From a virus, in IMG/VR virus record IMGVR_UViG_3300013132_000028, positions 1-64,000 of that record: a stretch of 64,000 nucleotides of DNA, one strand, 5' to 3'. Positions 9,288 through 18,143 of the stretch are shown here, in pieces. The first letter of the stretch is position 1; each line of letters opens with the position of its first letter. The notes under the pieces are model-generated. The model had not been told where the DNA came from. It saw only the letters and a program-made list of their open reading frames with translations, and searched no databases. Made by a program: the position numbers and the translations under genes.

Positions 9288-11258
9288 ATGACAACGATCA
9301 ATCTAGGTAAAGTTCGCCTCAACTGGCGCGGAACGTGGTCGGGATCTACGGCCTATGACGTAAACGACAGCGTCTACTACGACGGCAGCTCTTACGTCTG
9401 TGTAACCGCGAACACCAACCAAACGCCAATCTCCAGCGGCACAGTAAATGCTAACTGGAACGTGCTAGCACAGGGTACCACTGCCGTAACAACCACCCGA
9501 GGTGACATCGCCTTCCGCGGCGCTTCAGGCCTCACGAGACTCCCGGCGGGCGCTGACAACACGGTTCTTACGTCAAAGGGACCTGGCCGTGACCTACAGT
9601 GGCAAGACAAGCCTGGTCGTTATTTCCAGACCGCTTACACTGGCACTTCAATCTTGCTAGACCCGGCTGTCTACCCAGGCAGTCAAGACTTAGACCGCTA
9701 CAGCGGCTTGCACATGAACAACCGTAATGCAAACCCAGGCGATGGTCCAACCTACGTAATCTCTCCAGACCGCAGGTCCGTCAAGGCCTTTGGCTACAAC
9801 TGGCAGGGCGTTCTCGGCTTCAACCACATGTCTGACAACTACTCTTCCTCTACATATCCAGGCGCACGCCAAACCACACCTCAGTACTGCCAATTTATTG
9901 ACAGCTCGTCTACAACCGGCAGCTACCTAGACGAAGACGAGTTCTTCGACTACGTCCGACGCGGCGGCTACATGGCTTTCGTGGTCACCACCAAGGGCAA
10001 GCTGTTCGCGACCGGCTACAACAACTACGGTCAGCTCGGCACCACGGACACGACCAACCGCTACATCTTTAACAGAATTCAGTTCTTCGGTCCTGGCACC
10101 GGCAAAACCGTGCGTGACGTACGCTGTATGCGACGTTTCTCTGGTTCAAACGGTAGCTCCAGCAGCAACTTTGTGCTCACGCAAGAGGGTGAGTTGTACG
10201 GAACCGGCTACAACGCACAAGGAGTGCTCGGTCAGGGCGACACCACCAACAGATCAACTTGGACTCGCATCGGCGCATCTACGTTAAACGGCGGCGGTGC
10301 AACTATCGTCGGCTTTGCCACGTCACATGAAGCCAACGAACCCGGCTTCGGCAACGAAGTCATTGCTTGGAACTCCAACTACCAAGTTTGGGGTTGGGGC
10401 AGAAACCGCAACTTTGGCCTTGGCTTTGGATCTAGCGATACAACCCAGCGAAACACTCCAGAAAGATTAACCCAACTAGAGACGTTAGCAAACATCAACG
10501 CCACCAGCGGCATCAACATCAAGCAAGTTCTAATGCCTCGCAACGACTGTTCTACAGACGGTGCCCGTCAGACGAACATGGTTTTGACGACGGCTGGACA
10601 GCTGTACTCAGTTGGTCGCTCCAACCAGGGACAGCTCGGCATCGGCGGCGCGGACTCGCAGGACCAAAGTAGTTGGCAGTTAGTCACACGGCCAACTGGC
10701 AAAGTTTGGGAGCAGTGCTGGGCAGAGGGCGGCACAGGCGCAACGTACTACGCGCTGACCACCGACAAGCTCCTGTACTCCTGGGGCTTAAACAACTACT
10801 ACCAGGGAGGATTCGCAGACACGAGCAACCGCCAGACACCGACGCTCATGACTGCCCTACCATCGGGCTTCCAGGGCAACATCACCGGCGTGTGGGTGAT
10901 GGGAGACGCGTCATACGTCACCTGCTATGTGCGTGCCTTGATCGCCGGCAAGCAACGCTGGTGCTCGTTCGGCTGGTCAAACTACGGTGCCATCATGCAC
11001 GCTGACCGCTACATCCCTGACATGTGGAACACTTCTAATCAGGCCAGAGAGATTACAGGCTTCCTGCCTAACCAGGGAGAGGGCATCCTCAACATGACGA
11101 TGTGGAACAGCAGCAGCACCTGCGCTGGCATGATTCAAATGGACGACGGTCGTCTGTTCTGGTTCGGCTACCGTGACGGAAACCTGCACGACGGCAGCAC
11201 CGACGGCAGCAACTACACCACCTACAACTACTACCCACTGCAGGTTAACCTTCTCTAG
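9288..11258 (+). CDS. RCC1/BLIP-II-like beta-propeller virion protein
   Basis: Repeated GYNxYGQLG / WGxN motifs; N-terminal LGKVRLNWRGTW module; AAGGA RBS. Confidence 0.75.
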   Translation: MTTINLGKVRLNWRGTWSGSTAYDVNDSVYYDGSSYVCVTANTNQTPISSGTVNANWNVLAQGTTAVTTTRGDIAFRGASGLTRLPAGADNTVLTSKGPGRDLQWQDKPGRYFQTAYTGTSILLDPAVYPGSQDLDRYSGLHMNNRNANPGDGPTYVISPDRRSVKAFGYNWQGVLGFNHMSDNYSSSTYPGARQTTPQYCQFIDSSSTTGSYLDEDEFFDYVRRGGYMAFVVTTKGKLFATGYNNYGQLGTTDTTNRYIFNRIQFFGPGTGKTVRDVRCMRRFSGSNGSSSSNFVLTQEGELYGTGYNAQGVLGQGDTTNRSTWTRIGASTLNGGGATIVGFATSHEANEPGFGNEVIAWNSNYQVWGWGRNRNFGLGFGSSDTTQRNTPERLTQLETLANINATSGINIKQVLMPRNDCSTDGARQTNMVLTTAGQLYSVGRSNQGQLGIGGADSQDQSSWQLVTRPTGKVWEQCWAEGGTGATYYALTTDKLLYSWGLNNYYQGGFADTSNRQTPTLMTALPSGFQGNITGVWVMGDASYVTCYVRALIAGKQRWCSFGWSNYGAIMHADRYIPDMWNTSNQAREITGFLPNQGEGILNMTMWNSSSTCAGMIQMDDGRLFWFGYRDGNLHDGSTDGSNYTTYNYYPLQVNLL

Positions 11259-11291
11259 GGAAGCACTGCACTACAGACGAGAGGACCGAAC

Positions 11292-11552
11292 ATGACTGAA
11301 GAGGCATACGCACACCCGATCTACACTTACGCCGTGTTGTTAGACGCACCATATCTAAAGCAGGGTGGTTGGTCAGGTGGGCCTATCGAGGAAGTGGGTA
11401 CTTTTGAGGGTAGACGCTATTTGCGTTTTCCTAACGAAGCAGCGGCAAACGCAGTCGAGCCAACCGAAGAACAAGACTTTAGGTTAGCCACCGAAGAAGA
11501 GATCACCGCGGCCGGCCTAGACGGCGTGGCCGCGTACCCATCGGCAGAGTAG
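11292..11552 (+). CDS. Hypothetical protein
   Basis: GAGGA RBS; lies between the two RCC1 paralogs. Confidence 0.6.
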   Translation: MTEEAYAHPIYTYAVLLDAPYLKQGGWSGGPIEEVGTFEGRRYLRFPNEAAANAVEPTEEQDFRLATEEEITAAGLDGVAAYPSAE

Positions 11553-11588
11553 TTAAGCACACGAGTAGAAACAGAGGAAGCTAAAAAC

Positions 11589-14435
11589 ATGGCAACTGTT
11601 AGCCTGAGCAAGATTAAGTTCAACTGGCGCGGAGAGTGGTCTGACAAGGTTCAATACTTAGTCAACGACGCCGTTAGTTACAGAAGCGCTAGCTTTGTCT
11701 GTACTGCAGATACACCTGCACCTATTCAGGTAGTACGCACTAACCCTAGAACTCTAGAAGATGAAATTGTAACTACCTTTGATACCACGTACCCCAACAT
11801 ATATGGAAACATAGCGGCTGAGGGTAGCACTGCAGCGGCCCGTCGTTTGACGCCACTTTTGTCGAACGGACTGGCCCCACAAACCTTTACAGTTACGTAC
11901 GACGGAACCGGCTACGTGTTTTCCGGAGTCTCTGGCACCAACCCAACACTTAGATTAGTGGCCGGCGAGACCTACAAGTTTGATTGCTCTCAACTGGCGT
12001 CAACTGCATCGTTTGCACTTCGCACCGCCGCAGGAGTTACAGCTAACAACCCGATTGGAGCGGTTTTCAACAACCCGGTAGGGGGCACAGACAGCACACT
12101 TGCTGCCACACAGGGAACTCCGTACTCAAAGACTATCATTTATCGCGTGCCGAAGTCTCCTGCGATGACTAGCATAGTGTACCAGTCAGCAGACAGCGCA
12201 GGCGTAGTCGGTACCATTCAAATAGTAATAGATGACGTCTCTTTGGTAAACTCTACATACTGGAAGAAGATTAGCGGCTTCGCAGACGAGGAGATGCTAA
12301 GTAGTCAGGGAGATTTGTACGTAGAGGGCAACGCAGACGCACCGTACAACCTGCCGTCAGGACAGCCAAACGACGTTCTTGAGGGTGGAAACGCCTGGCC
12401 AAGTGGCACAGTTTTTCAGGTGATCAGCCCGACAAGTGGCTCGTCCGGACCGTACACGATCGTTGCACGAACCAAGAAGCACGGCCGCAACGGACTTATC
12501 ACGGGCAACAATCCGACGTTACGCCTGGCAAAAGGCAACACCTACTATTTTGACTTACGTCAAACTATCTCCTCGCACCCGCTTGCGCTGCGCACAGCTA
12601 GTGGCAGCACCACTGCACTTACGGGCACAACCAACAACAGTCCGTCGGAGGGTGTGCACCAAGGCACTGGCACCGGTTCGATGATTACCTACAAAATACC
12701 GTCAGATGCGCCGGATTCTCTTGTGTACCAGTGTGTAAACCACGCGAACATGATTGGTACCATTCAAACTACTGGTACGGATGCCGACCTGGTCTTCAGA
12801 CCACAGGCTGGACGTCCCTTCTCAGTCATGCCGTCCTCTAACTGGACTGCTTCGGGAGAGATTTCACCAACTGGAAACGCAAGACCTACACAAGTGGAGC
12901 AGCAGTTCTGCGTTACCGACATTAACATGCGCGGTACGACCTCCGGCTTTAAGGCAGCACAGCATTGGATTCTTCCAGGACGCAAGGGACTGAAGGCCTC
13001 TGGCTACCAGGCACAGGCGCCACTCGGCTTCAACCACTTGTCCGACGAGTACTCCACCACCACCTACCCAGGCCAGCGCTACGCAGAGCCAGAGTACTGC
13101 CAGCTAAATCCTTGGCTGGAAGATGACGAGTACATCTCCTACGTCAACGGCAACAACGGCGCGGCCTACTTTGTCACGACGAAGGGCAGAGTCTACTTCA
13201 CCGGCTACAACGCATACGGCCAGTTCGGCTTCGGCGACACGACCCGTCGCAACGTCTTTACCAGGAACGACTTTTTTGGTCCCGGCACCGGCCGTACCGC
13301 ACGCGACGTGCAGTGGAACGGCAACTTTACCAGCTCAGACGGCAACGTAAACACGACTTTCGTGCAAACTGTCGAAGGCGAGCTGTGGGCCGCTGGCTAC
13401 AACGCACACGGCGTGCTCGGTCAGGGCGACACCACCACTCGTGCGTATTGGTCGCGCATCGGCGCAACTACGTTCAACGCAGGTGGCGCCACTCTGGTCG
13501 GCTTTAAGTACTCCCGTCAGTCCGGCCAAGACGGCAACGTAATCGCCTGGGACTCGCTCAAACGAGTGTGGGGCTGGGGTCAGAACGGTACCTTCACTCT
13601 CGGTATCGGCAACCAGACGCAGCAAAACTCGCCAGTACGTCTAAACCAGCTAGAGTCACTGTACACCGGCACTCTCGACGTAGTCGACGTGGCGATGAAC
13701 TTCTACTCCGGCCGCTGTGTATGCGCTATCCTAATGAGCAACGGATACGTCTACACCACGGGCCAATCAGACCAGGGGCAGCTTGGCATCGGCGGCGCGG
13801 ACTCACAGCAGGTTACGAGCTGGACGCAAGTCACCATGCCGGCAGGCAAGACGTTCCGCAGGCTGACAAACTTTGGTGCCGGCACCGGCACGTTCTACGC
13901 AATTAGTACAGACAATTACTTGTACGCATGGGGCTACAACGCCTACCGACAGATTGGTGACGCCACAACTGCCAACCGCCAGGTTCCAACGCTTTGCTCT
14001 GCGCTGCCAGACGGTTTTCAGGGCAACATCCAGCAGCTGTACGGCGAAGGCAACGGCGGTGGCTACACCTCGGTGTGGGTACGCGCAACCATAGACGGTC
14101 GCACTCGCTGGGCTTCTTGGGGCTATGACAATGGCGGTGTTCTCTGCCACTCAGACCGCCACATCCCCGACGTGTGGTACAACGGTCAAAATCCGAAGGA
14201 AATTACGCAGTTCCTACCATTCATGGGACAGAACCTTGTTGACATCTACTATCAGTGGTACGGCACAACTAACCAGGCCTGGTACTTGCTGTATGACGAC
14301 GGACAGATGTTCTTCATCGGCTACACGGACAACTACCTGCGAGATGCCTCGGTTGGAACTGCCAACTACAGCGCTGGTTCTGGCTACACTTTCAGGTATC
14401 CTAGAAACTTAACCAACAGCAAAATGTTTGGATAA
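11589..14435 (+). CDS. RCC1/BLIP-II-like virion protein with two cupredoxin-like domains
   Basis: Paralog of 9288-11258; two 'NPTLRLxxGxTYxFD' domains, the second with HP...YQCVNHANM. Confidence 0.75.
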   Translation: MATVSLSKIKFNWRGEWSDKVQYLVNDAVSYRSASFVCTADTPAPIQVVRTNPRTLEDEIVTTFDTTYPNIYGNIAAEGSTAAARRLTPLLSNGLAPQTFTVTYDGTGYVFSGVSGTNPTLRLVAGETYKFDCSQLASTASFALRTAAGVTANNPIGAVFNNPVGGTDSTLAATQGTPYSKTIIYRVPKSPAMTSIVYQSADSAGVVGTIQIVIDDVSLVNSTYWKKISGFADEEMLSSQGDLYVEGNADAPYNLPSGQPNDVLEGGNAWPSGTVFQVISPTSGSSGPYTIVARTKKHGRNGLITGNNPTLRLAKGNTYYFDLRQTISSHPLALRTASGSTTALTGTTNNSPSEGVHQGTGTGSMITYKIPSDAPDSLVYQCVNHANMIGTIQTTGTDADLVFRPQAGRPFSVMPSSNWTASGEISPTGNARPTQVEQQFCVTDINMRGTTSGFKAAQHWILPGRKGLKASGYQAQAPLGFNHLSDEYSTTTYPGQRYAEPEYCQLNPWLEDDEYISYVNGNNGAAYFVTTKGRVYFTGYNAYGQFGFGDTTRRNVFTRNDFFGPGTGRTARDVQWNGNFTSSDGNVNTTFVQTVEGELWAAGYNAHGVLGQGDTTTRAYWSRIGATTFNAGGATLVGFKYSRQSGQDGNVIAWDSLKRVWGWGQNGTFTLGIGNQTQQNSPVRLNQLESLYTGTLDVVDVAMNFYSGRCVCAILMSNGYVYTTGQSDQGQLGIGGADSQQVTSWTQVTMPAGKTFRRLTNFGAGTGTFYAISTDNYLYAWGYNAYRQIGDATTANRQVPTLCSALPDGFQGNIQQLYGEGNGGGYTSVWVRATIDGRTRWASWGYDNGGVLCHSDRHIPDVWYNGQNPKEITQFLPFMGQNLVDIYYQWYGTTNQAWYLLYDDGQMFFIGYTDNYLRDASVGTANYSAGSGYTFRYPRNLTNSKMFG

Positions 14436-14447
14436 TAGTTTCTACTT

Positions 14448-14489
14448 AAAAACCCCGCGAATCTACAGTTCGCGGGTTTTTTATTTTTT
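14448..14489 (+). terminator. Rho-independent terminator
   Basis: Stem CCCGCGAA/TTCGCGGG with 7-nt loop, followed by a T tract, right after the fibre operon. Confidence 0.85.
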
Positions 14490-14490
14490 A

Positions 14491-14509
14491 GTGTAGGATA
14501 CACGACGTG
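14491..14509 (+). promoter_or_regulatory. Putative -10 element (TAGGAT) driving a leaderless transcript
   Basis: TAGGAT at 14494-14499, 7 nt before the GTG start at 14507; no SD sequence. Confidence 0.45.
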
Positions 14510-15577
14510 GACGTAAAAGTAGGCTTTTATACTATAGCCTTAAACGAAAAGCAGTTCGTAGAGCGCTGGTACGAGTCGTGCAAAGACGGAGACTATCTAC
14601 TAATTGCCGACACAGGTTCTACTGATGGAACAGTCAAACTTGCGCAAAGTTTAGGCATACAAGTGGTCTCGGTTAAAGTGTCTCCCTGGCGCTTTGAGGT
14701 CGCTCGCAACGCTTCGCTAGCTGCGCTGCCGCTCGACCTAGACTACTGCGTGGCGCTCGACATGGACGAGGTAGTGCTGCCTGGCTGGCGAGAAAACTTA
14801 CAGAAGGCAAAAGAACAAGGATGGACTAGACCGCGCTACAAATACACCTGGAGCTGGGGGTCAGACGGCACGCCCGGCCTGCAGTACGGCGGAGACAAGA
14901 TTCACACCAGAAAGAACTATCGGTGGAAGCACCCGGTGCACGAGGTGCTGCTTCCGTACCCGGCGCGACACGAGGTGCAGGGCTGGACCGACAGTCTAGA
15001 GATTCACCACTATCCGGACTCCAGCAAGTCTAGGTCACAGTACATGCCGTTACTCCGCATGGCAGTTGAAGAAGACTTGCATGACGACAGGAATGCTTTT
15101 TATTTTGCAAGAGAACTTTACTATCACGGCGAGTACGTAGAAGCGGTAGTAGAATTTAAGCGGCACCTAGCACTGCCAACCGCAACTTGGGCACCAGAGC
15201 GCGCCGCTTCCTACCGTTTTTTAAGCAAGTGCGACCCGGCAAACAGAGAGACCTGGCTCACCGAAGCGATAAAGACGGCACCCGCGTCTAGGGAACCGTA
15301 CATAGACCTTGCTCAGCACTACTACGAGACGGCCGCGTGGCCGCAGTGCCTGGCTGTGGCAGAAAGCGCCCTTCAAATAACTCAAAAACCACTCGAGTAC
15401 CTGTGCGAGGCAGAGGCCTGGGGCTCCAAGCCGTACGACCTGGCTGCGATTGCAGCGCACCGACTAAATTTGCACGTCAAAGCGCTTGACTACGGTAGAA
15501 CAGCCTGTGCGCTATCGCCAAACGACGAGCGACTCGCTAAGAACCTGGCTTTTTACGAGGCGGCTTTGACCGCTTAG
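14507..15577 (+). CDS. GT2 (GT-A) glycosyltransferase with C-terminal TPR repeats
   Basis: IALNE, DTGSTDGT, FxxARN, LDMDE (DxD) and HPVHE motifs; TPR-like helices. Confidence 0.9.
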   Translation: MDVKVGFYTIALNEKQFVERWYESCKDGDYLLIADTGSTDGTVKLAQSLGIQVVSVKVSPWRFEVARNASLAALPLDLDYCVALDMDEVVLPGWRENLQKAKEQGWTRPRYKYTWSWGSDGTPGLQYGGDKIHTRKNYRWKHPVHEVLLPYPARHEVQGWTDSLEIHHYPDSSKSRSQYMPLLRMAVEEDLHDDRNAFYFARELYYHGEYVEAVVEFKRHLALPTATWAPERAASYRFLSKCDPANRETWLTEAIKTAPASREPYIDLAQHYYETAAWPQCLAVAESALQITQKPLEYLCEAEAWGSKPYDLAAIAAHRLNLHVKALDYGRTACALSPNDERLAKNLAFYEAALTA

Positions 15578-16076
15578 CTCTGTTTTTTCTTCTTGTTTTT
15601 GCTCTTTCTGCTTTTTCAAGTCTAGACTGTCTGTCCAAGTGATAGGCTTCTACGGCGTTTGCGCTGGTTCTACTCTTCCAGCTAAAGTTACAAGATTTGC
15701 ATGTTACGATTTTTGCAGTTGTCCATCTTCCACTGCCTGACAGTTGTATTACTCCCGTGAATAAATTTACCGGTCTAGCCGAGCACAGTGGGCAGTTCGG
15801 AAAGCGCCTCCTTCTAGTTTCTTCACCGGTATAGCCCACTGAGAGCGCTCTTCTTATCTCTACTTCGTCTTTTCCTCCCCATACTCCCCATATTTGTTTG
15901 TGTTCCAGCGCCCACTTCAGGCACTGTGCCCGCACTGGGCAGGAAAAGCAGAGGTTTTTTGCCGCGTATTTTTTATTGAATTCTTTAGAAAAGAAGTAGT
16001 CGATCATGTTTTTATTTTCCGGCCTGGCGCAGGCTGCTTGCCTTTGCCACTCTAGTTCGTCGGCTGGTCTGCTCAT
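15537..16076 (-). CDS. whiB: WhiB-family transcription factor with C-terminal Zn-ribbon extension
   Basis: WQxxAAC...AKxxCxxCPVxxxC...GVWGG, then CPLC...CKSC and a basic tail; start probably ATG 16076. Confidence 0.85.
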   Translation of the reverse strand: MSRPADELEWQRQAACARPENKNMIDYFFSKEFNKKYAAKNLCFSCPVRAQCLKWALEHKQIWGVWGGKDEVEIRRALSVGYTGEETRRRRFPNCPLCSARPVNLFTGVIQLSGSGRWTTAKIVTCKSCNFSWKSRTSANAVEAYHLDRQSRLEKAERAKTRRKNRAKRSKPPRKKPGS

Positions 16077-16137
16077 CGTAGGATAATTGAACCACGGAAG
16101 CAAGTCTTCCGGCGTGTCCTAGGGGTGCTAGCTGAAC

Positions 16138-16476
16138 CTACATGACTTCTATCCAGGTTACAGCTTGCACGGCATCTACGGTGTCGCCTAGCCTAGTCTC
16201 TCCATTTTGTTCGCATACAGTACGTAGATCGTCGCCGTTTACATGTCCCGCGTAGCCTAGCACCACTACGGCGCCGCTTTGCAGTCTGTACCCTTCGCCT
16301 AGGCCAGTAGCCACCCCGTCGCGTTGAAGTGATGACGCGAGTGCTCGTTGAACCACGTCATTCTCCATGTCCACATGTCCATCGGTGCAGTAGACAAGCG
16401 CGCCGTTGACCGCCGCGGCATAGCCGTAGCCGTCCCATTCTCCCCACAGCTGCTCTCCGGGGCGTCTATCCTTCAT
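16138..16476 (-). CDS. Hypothetical protein
   Basis: ORF co-oriented with its neighbours. Confidence 0.55.
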   Translation of the reverse strand: MKDRRPGEQLWGEWDGYGYAAAVNGALVYCTDGHVDMENDVVQRALASSLQRDGVATGLGEGYRLQSGAVVVLGYAGHVNGDDLRTVCEQNGETRLGDTVDAVQAVTWIEVM

Positions 16477-16687
16477 ACTTCTACCACTTTCTGTTTCTTT
16501 CTGTGCAAATAAATAGTTTTAATGTACTTTACTTGCGTACTTATCCAGCTTATTCGGGCTGTTTAGCTCAAAAAAAGTCACCTGGAGTCAATAGGAAGAT
16601 TTTAGCGCTCCATAAGGTAATACGACTATACTACCCACAAAAGTGCCTTAAAACCAATCCTAGGGCCTTTTTGAGGCAGTTTACGGG

Positions 16688-16942
16688 TTAGTGCTGCCTG
16701 TACAGTTTGTGGTTTACCGGCACCATGTCGTATATCCCGGCTACAGTCACCGCTTCACAAATAGAGCACACTTCTACCGTCCCGTCGTTGACTTTTTCCG
16801 GCACTTCTACCCCGACCAGCTTCACGCTTATCGAGCCGTTTTCAAAGACACCTTCCGGCTCCCACTTGGAGTGGGTGGCGAGCCAGCAGGCTTCACACAC
16901 CGCGGCAATCGCGACGTGCGGCGCAAAGCGACCATTGGCCAT
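16688..16942 (-). CDS. Small CxxC...CxxC Zn-binding protein
   Basis: CEAC and CSIC motifs; AAGGGA RBS. Confidence 0.55.
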   Translation of the reverse strand: MANGRFAPHVAIAAVCEACWLATHSKWEPEGVFENGSISVKLVGVEVPEKVNDGTVEVCSICEAVTVAGIYDMVPVNHKLYRQH

Positions 16943-16974
16943 ACGTGTCCCTTTCTAGTCAAAGACGTACTGGC

Positions 16975-17838
16975 CTAGCGTACCATGACTGGAGCACTCC
17001 AGTTATGCGGCAGCCTGTCTAGGGCTTTTGGGTTGGTCTTGTATGTGCGCATTTTTACTTTTTTGGTGTCGCTTTCGGCGTGTTTTATGTATTTATAGTA
17101 CTCGCACAGGCTATGTTCAAGCGCTCTGGCGTCGTATGCGACCGGACCGCCGGCCACTACCGGCCTACTGTCCAGGGGTAGTCCGGCATCCACTGTTTGC
17201 AGCAATGTGTTCCAGTTGCCCTGCCCCGTGGCGGCGCAGTGAGCTATGCCCCGTTCTGCTCCAGGACCGAGCGATGGCATAAACTCACCTTGAAACGGCC
17301 CGCCCTGCCACACCAAGTCCATCATCAGCTGGTCTACTAGAAAGTCACCAAACGAGTATATCTTTCTAAGCAGCTTCCAGGCCTGGGCGGTTGCGCCGGC
17401 TTCTAGCGCCTGCGCCGTTTTTGTGGCAACCTCGCGCAGGTCGGAGAGCACCTCGCACACCTTTTTCAAGTCTGGACAGCGTACGTAGGCCCCCGTGAAG
17501 TTTTTTTCTCTGGCTGACAAAAATACGTATAGTGCTTTTGCGTCTGCCCGTGCCGCGGGCCAGCTACCGAAGTGAGCCAGTATCGCCTCGTGCGTGTCAA
17601 TCCTGTTGAAAGCCCTATAGCAGACGGTGTCTGCAACTAGTTTTGCGCTGTTTTCACTGTGAACTTGTACGTTGTTAAAAAGATAAACAGTGTGTCGGTC
17701 TAGCTCTCGCCAAAGGTTTGTGTAGTGGTACTGCCTAAGTTCTGCCGTATTTTGACTTAAGCGCTCTGCCGGTAGGCTGTACGAGCGCTCTAGCCACAGG
17801 GCGTGCCTAGCCCGGCAAAACTCAAGCAACGTTAGCAT
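16975..17838 (-). CDS. aGPT-Pplase1-like (alpha-glutamyl/putrescinyl thymine pyrophosphorylase clade 1) DNA-modifying transferase
   Basis: YHYTNLWRELDRHT, YRAFN, FTGAY, LGPGAERG and EHSLCEYYKY motifs; start probably ATG 17838 overlapping the whiB stop. Confidence 0.75.
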   Translation of the reverse strand: MLTLLEFCRARHALWLERSYSLPAERLSQNTAELRQYHYTNLWRELDRHTVYLFNNVQVHSENSAKLVADTVCYRAFNRIDTHEAILAHFGSWPAARADAKALYVFLSAREKNFTGAYVRCPDLKKVCEVLSDLREVATKTAQALEAGATAQAWKLLRKIYSFGDFLVDQLMMDLVWQGGPFQGEFMPSLGPGAERGIAHCAATGQGNWNTLLQTVDAGLPLDSRPVVAGGPVAYDARALEHSLCEYYKYIKHAESDTKKVKMRTYKTNPKALDRLPHNWSAPVMVR

Positions 17839-18098
17839 ACTTTTTTCTCTTGTCGTCTTTTGTATATGCGTCGCTCTACTACAGACATTCCTCCCCATAT
17901 ACCGTGAACCTCGTTTGTCGCTATTGCCCAGTCCAGGCACTCTTGTTTATGTTTGCAAGCATTGCACAGCTTTTTTGCCAGTTTCCAATTCTCTGGATGC
18001 ACTATTTCTCTGTCGCTCGTGTCGTCTGAGAGGGGGAAGTACGCCGAAGGGCCTATCTCTGCACAAAGCGGTTGATCGAACGTCCACGGTGATTTCAT
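17832..18098 (-). CDS. whiB: WhiB-family transcription factor
   Basis: LCAE...AKKLCNAC...CLDWA...HGIWGG...ERR. Confidence 0.9.
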   Translation of the reverse strand: MKSPWTFDQPLCAEIGPSAYFPLSDDTSDREIVHPENWKLAKKLCNACKHKQECLDWAIATNEVHGIWGGMSVVERRIYKRRQEKKVC

Positions 18099-18143
18099 TT
18101 GTGTCTACTCCGTTTCTCATGTAGCTATGTAGGTCTAGTTTGA

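Noticed and set aside
9288-14435. Diversity-generating retroelement (TR/VR pair) among the repeated fibre sequences
   Set aside because: No reverse transcriptase in the window; both copies are coding paralogs and I saw no adenine-restricted mismatch pattern.
16477-16687. AT-rich gap as tRNA, ncRNA or replication origin
   Set aside because: No cloverleaf, iterons or strong stem seen; only promoter-like elements.
17839-17940. N-terminal extension of the aGPT-like ORF shown in the ORF track
   Set aside because: Lies within whiB; ATG 17838 coupled to the whiB stop is more plausible.
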